Shown here: one piece after another, positions 37,288 to 42,611 of the stretch
Layout: every line of letters starts with the position of its first letter
Position numbering within the stretch: position 1 is the stretch's first letter
IMG/VR virus record: IMGVR_UViG_2897341779_000002
Strand: one strand, 5' to 3'
DNA length: 42,611 bases
DNA from: a virus
Taxonomy: Duplodnaviria; Heunggongvirae; Uroviricota; Caudoviricetes
Made by a program: the position numbers and the translations under genes
The notes under the pieces: generated by a model
What the model saw: only the letters and a program-made list of their open reading frames with translations
Database searches by the model: none
Told to the model about the DNA's origin: nothing

Positions 37288-40200
37288 ATGCCTTCGCAAC
37301 TCTTCACTATGGCGCGTTCTTTTAAAGCCGTAGCCAATGGCAAAATTTATATCGGTAAAATTGACACTGACCCGGTAAATCCTGAAAACCGGATTCAGGT
37401 TTATGTAGAGAACGAAGACGGCTCTCACGTTCCTGTTTCGCAACCAATCATCATTAACGCTGCTGGTTACCCTGTATATAACGGACGGATTGCCAAGTTC
37501 GTAACTGTGCAAGGCCATTCTATGGCTGTGTACGATGCGTATGGCGTACAGCAGTTCTATTTCCAGAATGTGCTGAAGTATGATCCTGATCAACTACGGC
37601 AGCAATTAGAAGACCCAGATGGAGCGAATAAATACCCAAAACTTCAGATAGCAAGATGGAGAGACAGTTATGATGTAAGAGGTTGGGGGGCTATTGGTGA
37701 TGGTGTTCATGATGATACATCAGCTCTATCAGAATTACTTTCTGTTGCAACAGGTGGTGAAAAGATAGATGGGCGAGGGCTTACTTTTAAAGTATCAACT
37801 CTTCCAGATGTCAGTCGATTTAAAAATGCTCGTTTTTTATTTGAGAGAATACCGGGTCAGCCTCTTTTTTATGTTTCTGAAGATTTTATCCAGGGAGAGT
37901 TATTTAAAATTACAGATACACCGTGGTACAACGCCTGGACGCAGGATAAAACGTTTGTATATGACAATGTCATCTATGCGCCTTTTATGGCTGGAGACCG
38001 CCATGGTGTAAATAACCTCCATGTTGCATGGGTTCGCTCAGGAGATGACGGGAAGACCTGGACAACGCCGGAATGGCTTACAGATTTACATGAAAACTAT
38101 CCCACAGTTAACTATCACTGCATGAGTATGGGGGTTGTCAGAAATCGCCTTTTTGCTGTAATTGAGACGCGGACCGTGAGCGGAAATAAACTGCAGGTTG
38201 CAGAGTTGTGGGATCGCCCAATGAGTCGCAGCCTTCGCGTTTATGGTGGTATAACGAAAGCAGCAAATCAGCAAGTCGCTTATATTCGCATTACTGATCA
38301 CGGATTATTTGCTGGTGATTTTGTCAACTTCTCAAACTCTGGTGTTACAGGTGTTACCGGGAATATGACGGTGACTACTGTTATTGATAAAAATACTTTT
38401 ACAGTTACGACGCAAAATACCCAGGATGTGGATCAGAATAACGAGGGTAGATACTGGAGTTTTGGTACATCATTTCACTCGTCACCATGGAGAAAAACCA
38501 GTCTTGGAACTATTCCTTCTTTTGTTGACGGAAGCACTCCTGTTACTGAGATTCACAGTTTTGCGACGATTAGCGATAACAGTTTTGCTGTTGGCTACCA
38601 TAATGGTGATATTGGTCCACGCGAGCTTGGGATACTCTATTTCTCTGATGCTTTCGGTTCTCCTGGTAGCTTTGTTCGCAGACGCATACCTGCAGAATAT
38701 GAGGCGAATGCATCTGAGCCATGTGTAAAATATTATGATGGCATTCTGTATCTGACGACCAGGGGGACATTAAGTACTCAACCCGGTAGTTCATTGCACA
38801 GAAGCTCTGATTTAGGTACATCATGGAATTCTCTTCGCTTCCCAAATAATGTTCATCACTCAAACCTTCCTTTTGCCAAAGTTGGCGATGAGCTGATTAT
38901 TTTTGGCAGTGAGCGCGCATTTGGTGAGTGGGAAGGAGGAGAACCTGATAACCGTTATGCAGGAAACTATCCAAGAACATTTATGACCAGAGTTAACGTC
39001 AATGAGTGGAGTCTGGATAATGTAGAGTGGGTTAATGTTACTGATCAGATTTATCAGGGCGGAATAGTTAACTCTGCGGTTGGTGTTGGTTCAGTTTGTA
39101 TCAAAGACAACTGGCTGTACTACATTTTCGGTGGGGAAGACTTTCTAAACCCATGGAGCATAGGGGATAACAACAGAAAATATCCTTATGTTCACGATGG
39201 TCACCCGGCTGATTTGTATTGTTTCAGGGTGAAAATTAAACAGGAAGAATTTGTTTCAAGGGATTTTGTCTACGGAGCCACTCCTAACAGAACGCTTCCT
39301 ACTTTTATGTCGACGTCAGGCGTGAGGACGGTTCCTGTACCCGTTGATTTCACAGATGATGTTGCCGTCCAGTCACTGACTGTCCATGCAGGTACATCAG
39401 GACAAGTTCGCGCGGAAGTCAAACTTGAGGGTAATTACGCCATTATTGCGAAGAAAGTACCGTCTGATGATGTTACCGCTCAGAGATTAATCGTTAGCGG
39501 CGGTGAAACAACGTCTTCAGCAGATGGTGCAATGATAACGTTGCATGGTTCCAGAAGCAGTACTCCACGTCGCGCGGTATATAACGCACTCGAACATCTT
39601 TTTGAGAACGGAGATGTTAAACCTTATCTTGATAATGTAAATGCTCTTGGTGGTCCGGGAAACAGGTTCTCGATAGTTTATCTTGGCTCCAATCCTGTGG
39701 TTACCAGTGACGGAACATTAAAGACAGAGCCGGTCTCTCCTGACGAAACATTGCTGGATGCCTGGGGTGACGTCAGGTATATCGCTTATAAATGGCTGAA
39801 CGCTGTCGCTATAAAGGGGGAAGAAGGGGCGAGGATACATCATGGTGTAATCGCGCAGCAACTTCGTGATGTTCTTATTTCTCACGGACTCATGGAAGAA
39901 GAAAGCACAACATGCCGCTATGCCTTTCTTTGCTATGACGATTATCCCGCAGTATATGATGACGTCATTACTGGCCAAAGGGAAATGCCGCTGACTGATA
40001 ATGACGGGAGCATCATTGTTGATGAGGATGATAATCCAGTGATGGTAATGGAAGACATCATTGAGCGCGTTGAAATAACGCCAGCAGGATCTAGATGGGG
40101 GGTCAGACCTGATCTCTTATTCTATATCGAGGCAGCATGGCAGCGCAGAGAAATAGAAAGAATAAAAGCTAGGTTAGACTTAATAGAAGGGAAGCACTAA
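37288..40200 (+). CDS. tailspike body: P22-type head-binding domain fused to an endosialidase-like domain and C-terminal intramolecular chaperone domain; separated from its first 10 codons by the IS
   Basis: N-terminal ...[39 protein letters not shown]...VLKYDPDQ matches the P22 tailspike head-binding domain; Asp-box-like SGDDGKTW and SSDLGTSW; C-terminal S-DGTLK (Ser/Lys at i, i+5) and [10 protein letters not shown] recall the endosialidase chaperone domain. Confidence 0.8.
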   Translation: MPSQLFTMARSFKAVANGKIYIGKIDTDPVNPENRIQVYVENEDGSHVPVSQPIIINAAGYPVYNGRIAKFVTVQGHSMAVYDAYGVQQFYFQNVLKYDPDQLRQQLEDPDGANKYPKLQIARWRDSYDVRGWGAIGDGVHDDTSALSELLSVATGGEKIDGRGLTFKVSTLPDVSRFKNARFLFERIPGQPLFYVSEDFIQGELFKITDTPWYNAWTQDKTFVYDNVIYAPFMAGDRHGVNNLHVAWVRSGDDGKTWTTPEWLTDLHENYPTVNYHCMSMGVVRNRLFAVIETRTVSGNKLQVAELWDRPMSRSLRVYGGITKAANQQVAYIRITDHGLFAGDFVNFSNSGVTGVTGNMTVTTVIDKNTFTVTTQNTQDVDQNNEGRYWSFGTSFHSSPWRKTSLGTIPSFVDGSTPVTEIHSFATISDNSFAVGYHNGDIGPRELGILYFSDAFGSPGSFVRRRIPAEYEANASEPCVKYYDGILYLTTRGTLSTQPGSSLHRSSDLGTSWNSLRFPNNVHHSNLPFAKVGDELIIFGSERAFGEWEGGEPDNRYAGNYPRTFMTRVNVNEWSLDNVEWVNVTDQIYQGGIVNSAVGVGSVCIKDNWLYYIFGGEDFLNPWSIGDNNRKYPYVHDGHPADLYCFRVKIKQEEFVSRDFVYGATPNRTLPTFMSTSGVRTVPVPVDFTDDVAVQSLTVHAGTSGQVRAEVKLEGNYAIIAKKVPSDDVTAQRLIVSGGETTSSADGAMITLHGSRSSTPRRAVYNALEHLFENGDVKPYLDNVNALGGPGNRFSIVYLGSNPVVTSDGTLKTEPVSPDETLLDAWGDVRYIAYKWLNAVAIKGEEGARIHHGVIAQQLRDVLISHGLMEEESTTCRYAFLCYDDYPAVYDDVITGQREMPLTDNDGSIIVDEDDNPVMVMEDIIERVEITPAGSRWGVRPDLLFYIEAAWQRREIERIKARLDLIEGKH

Positions 40201-40353
40201 ATGTTTCGTTGGCGTCAAAAATATGAACTGATCACATAAAGAAGTAAGTACATTGGCAAAAAACATTGACGTCAACGAAATTAAATATAAAAATTTAAAT
40301 GCTTTTTAATGACAAGAAAAGTAACTAGTGGTAAAATAACGTAGGATACTAAT

Positions 40354-41214
40354 ATGTTAAGACTCAAGACTCAAGACTCAAGACTCAAGACTCAAGACTC
40401 AAGACTCAAGACTCAAGACTCAAGACTCAAGACTCAAGACTCAAGACTCAAGACTCAAGACTCAAGACTCAAGACTCAAGACTCAAGACTCAAGACTCAA
40501 GACTCAAGACTCAAGACTCAAGACTCAAGACTCAAGACTCAAGACTCAAGACTCAAGACTCAAGACTCGTTTTCCGTTGATGATAATGGGTCAGGTAATG
40601 TTTTTGTATGTGGAGATCTTGTAAATAGCAAAGAGAATAAAGTTCAGTTCAATGGAAACAATAACAAACTTATTATAGAAGATGATGTTGAGTGTCGATG
40701 GCTTACCGTAATATTTAGGGGTGATAATAATTACGTAAGAATACATAAAAACAGTAAGATTAAAGGTGATATTGTCGCAACAAAAGGTTCAAAAGTTATT
40801 ATCGGTAGAAGAACGACAATAGGTGCAGGTTTTGAAGTCGTCACTGATAAGTGCAATGTTACAATTGGCCATGACTGCATGATAGCAAGAGATGTTATTT
40901 TGCGTGCATCAGATGGGCATCCTATATTTGATATTCATAGCAAAAAAAGGATTAATTGGGCAAAAGATATCATTATATCTAGTTACGTATGGGTAGGGAG
41001 AAATGTCTCTATAATGAAAGGAGTATCTGTTGGAAGCGGATCTGTCATTGGGTATGGGAGTATTGTAACTAAAGATGTGCCATCTATGTGTGCAGCAGCC
41101 GGTAATCCAGCAAAAATAATAAAAAGAAATATAATATGGGCAAGAACGGATAAAGCGGAGCTAATTAGTGATGACAAGAGATGCTCCAGCTATCATGCGA
41201 AGCTCACGCAATAA
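40354..41214 (+). CDS. neuO: phase-variable polysialic acid O-acetyltransferase NeuO-like (hexapeptide-repeat acyltransferase)
   Basis: 286-aa ORF: N-terminal RLKTQDS x10 encoded by AAGACTC heptads, then left-handed beta-helix hexapeptide repeats (IGAGFEV, IGHDCMI, VGRNVSI, VGSGSVI, IGYGSIV); location downstream of the tailspike as described for CUS-3. Confidence 0.85.
   Translation: MLRLKTQDSRLKTQDSRLKTQDSRLKTQDSRLKTQDSRLKTQDSRLKTQDSRLKTQDSRLKTQDSRLKTQDSFSVDDNGSGNVFVCGDLVNSKENKVQFNGNNNKLIIEDDVECRWLTVIFRGDNNYVRIHKNSKIKGDIVATKGSKVIIGRRTTIGAGFEVVTDKCNVTIGHDCMIARDVILRASDGHPIFDIHSKKRINWAKDIIISSYVWVGRNVSIMKGVSVGSGSVIGYGSIVTKDVPSMCAAAGNPAKIIKRNIIWARTDKAELISDDKRCSSYHAKLTQ
40359..40568 (+). repeat. 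30 tandem copies of the heptanucleotide AAGACTC inside the neuO 5' coding region
   Basis: Counted directly: 210 bp of perfect AAGACTC repeats = 30 units, a multiple of 3, so the reading frame is maintained. Confidence 0.9.
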
Positions 41215-41273
41215 ATATAAAACATCATGCAGACATATTACCAATATTAATATAAGGTAATAAAAATATAATT

Positions 41274-41302
41274 TACAAAAAAGCCCGTTGGAAGCGACGG
41301 GC
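41274..41302 (-). terminator. rho-independent terminator downstream of int
   Basis: Minus-strand stem GCCCGT/ACGGGC with 8-nt loop followed by a run of 6-7 T. Confidence 0.55.
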
Positions 41303-41453
41303 ATTAACCGCGGTAATGGATAAATTATTAATGTTTTTAGATTGTGAACGATATCATATTGTGCGGAAGTAGTGAAGTAACCATGTAAAATGATTGTTTC
41401 ATAGCCTATGAGACACACAAGGCTTTGTGCTCTTCGATAGTTGTTAAGGCGGA
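41303..41453. other. probable attP-containing AT-rich region between neuO and int
   Basis: Positional inference only: the int C-terminus abuts this AT-rich non-coding stretch and the record is linearised between xis and int. I could not recognise a tRNA-derived core by eye. Confidence 0.3.
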
Positions 41454-42611
41454 TCACTCTACCTTCTCATCAAGCCAATCCGCCCACCACTGCATCATTT
41501 CTCTGCGCTTATCGAGATACTGAGCATGGTTGTAAATACCGCGCACAGATCCGCCGTTGGCATGTGCCAGTTGCACTTCAATAGCGTCAGCAGGCCATTC
41601 GTGCTCGTTCATAATCGTGCTGAATTCATGCCTGAATCCGTGACCGCTTTCTAGACCCTCATAGCCGATTTGTTTGATCACAAGTAGAACCGCGTTCTCG
41701 CAGATTGGCTTCTTCTTATCGTTGCGCCCGGCAAAAACAAACTCTGATACTGGTTTGGTGATGGAGCTTAGCGTAGTGAGAAGTTCAACCACCTGGTCTG
41801 ACATCGGGACCACATGAATTTTGCGTCCCTTCATCACACTGGCGTCGATGGTGATAATCCTGTTTTCAAAATCGACGTTCTTCCATAGCATGGAACGAAG
41901 CTCTTTCGTTCTTAGGGCTGTGTAGCGTAAAACTTTGGTCGCAATGAGCGATACGATACTTCCTGAAAATGTTGCCAGTGCTTTGTTGAATGCAGGGATC
42001 TGGTCTGCAGGAAGAAACGGGAAGTTCTTCTTGCGGTATCCCTTCATGGCGTCAGCAAGGTCAGGTGCCGGGTTATATTTAGCCCTACCAGTGACAATAG
42101 CGTAACGGAAAACCTCGCCGCATCTTCTGCGGGCTTTGTTGGCTCGCTCCATTGCACCGCGATCTTCAAATCTGCGGATTACTTCCAGCAGTTGCATCGG
42201 CTCAATATCCTGAATTTCAAGGCCGCCGATGATAGGTAAAATGTCGTCATCAAACATTTTTGCAAGTTCAGTTGCATAGCCTACTGACCAGACTTGCTTC
42301 TTGTGCTCGTACCATTCCTTGTAAATCGCACTAAAGGAATTGTTGTTAGACGAAGCCTTTTTCGCTTTTACCGGATCGATGCCAACCGAGATGTCTTTCC
42401 TCGCGGTCCATGCTTTATCTCTTGCCTCCTGCAAAGTCATAAGTGGATATTTTCCGACGGTCAGGATTTTCTCCTTACCGTCAATCTTGTAGCGAAGCTG
42501 CCATACCTTTTTCCCTGATACAGGGACATAAAGGTACAGGCCATTACCATCGAGTAGGCGGTATGGTTTTTCTTTCGGCTTTGCTGCTTCAATCTGCTTA
42601 ACGGTGAGCAT
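41454..42611 (-). CDS. int: tyrosine integrase (P4/P22-type)
   Basis: 385-aa ORF whose N-terminus MLTVKQIEAAKPKEKPYRLLDGNGLYLYV aligns with the P4-family integrase arm-binding domain and whose C-terminus carries the R...HxxR...Y catalytic region; start codon is at the last base of the window. Confidence 0.9.
   Translation of the reverse strand: MLTVKQIEAAKPKEKPYRLLDGNGLYLYVPVSGKKVWQLRYKIDGKEKILTVGKYPLMTLQEARDKAWTARKDISVGIDPVKAKKASSNNNSFSAIYKEWYEHKKQVWSVGYATELAKMFDDDILPIIGGLEIQDIEPMQLLEVIRRFEDRGAMERANKARRRCGEVFRYAIVTGRAKYNPAPDLADAMKGYRKKNFPFLPADQIPAFNKALATFSGSIVSLIATKVLRYTALRTKELRSMLWKNVDFENRIITIDASVMKGRKIHVVPMSDQVVELLTTLSSITKPVSEFVFAGRNDKKKPICENAVLLVIKQIGYEGLESGHGFRHEFSTIMNEHEWPADAIEVQLAHANGGSVRGIYNHAQYLDKRREMMQWWADWLDEKVE

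Noticed and set aside
40359-40568. Tandem repeat array that could be mistaken for a CRISPR or satellite array
   Set aside because: The unit is 7 bp with no spacers, it lies inside an ORF, and it encodes RLKTQDS repeats; it is the neuO slipped-strand tract, not a CRISPR.

Overview
The window reads as an essentially complete ~42.6 kb genome of a P22-like temperate phage of the E. coli K1 type (it resembles what I recall of CUS-3), opened between xis (1..201, minus) and int (41454..42611, minus). All protein matches below are from memory and reading of the translations; no database search was run. Gene order is: leftward early operon (N, cIII, erf, SSB-like, ea-type ORFs, xis), P22-type c2/cro immunity with lambda-type cII and a phi21-like N, O-like initiator with iteron origin, DnaB-like helicase, nin region (ninB/E/F, rusA, ninH, Q), lambda-type lysis cassette (S, R, Rz/Rz1), rha, Sf6/P22-type terminase, portal, scaffold, coat, gp4/gp10/gp26 and ejection proteins, then immI (mnt, arc, ant), tailspike and neuO. 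Three things stand out. (1) The accessory locus between the gp16-like gene and mnt (30783..32918) holds a strongly coupled pair of an unknown 188-aa protein and a YafO-family toxin-like protein, a ClpP-fold protease-like gene coupled to mnt, and a small membrane protein; this is my best candidate for an undescribed toxin-antitoxin or phage-exclusion module. (2) The tailspike is an endosialidase-type (K1 polysialic acid) protein whose first 10 codons are split from the body by a 2.58 kb IS21-family element with a 5 bp target duplication. (3) neuO carries 30 tandem AAGACTC heptads, in frame (phase ON). Functional calls for the accessory genes are hypotheses.
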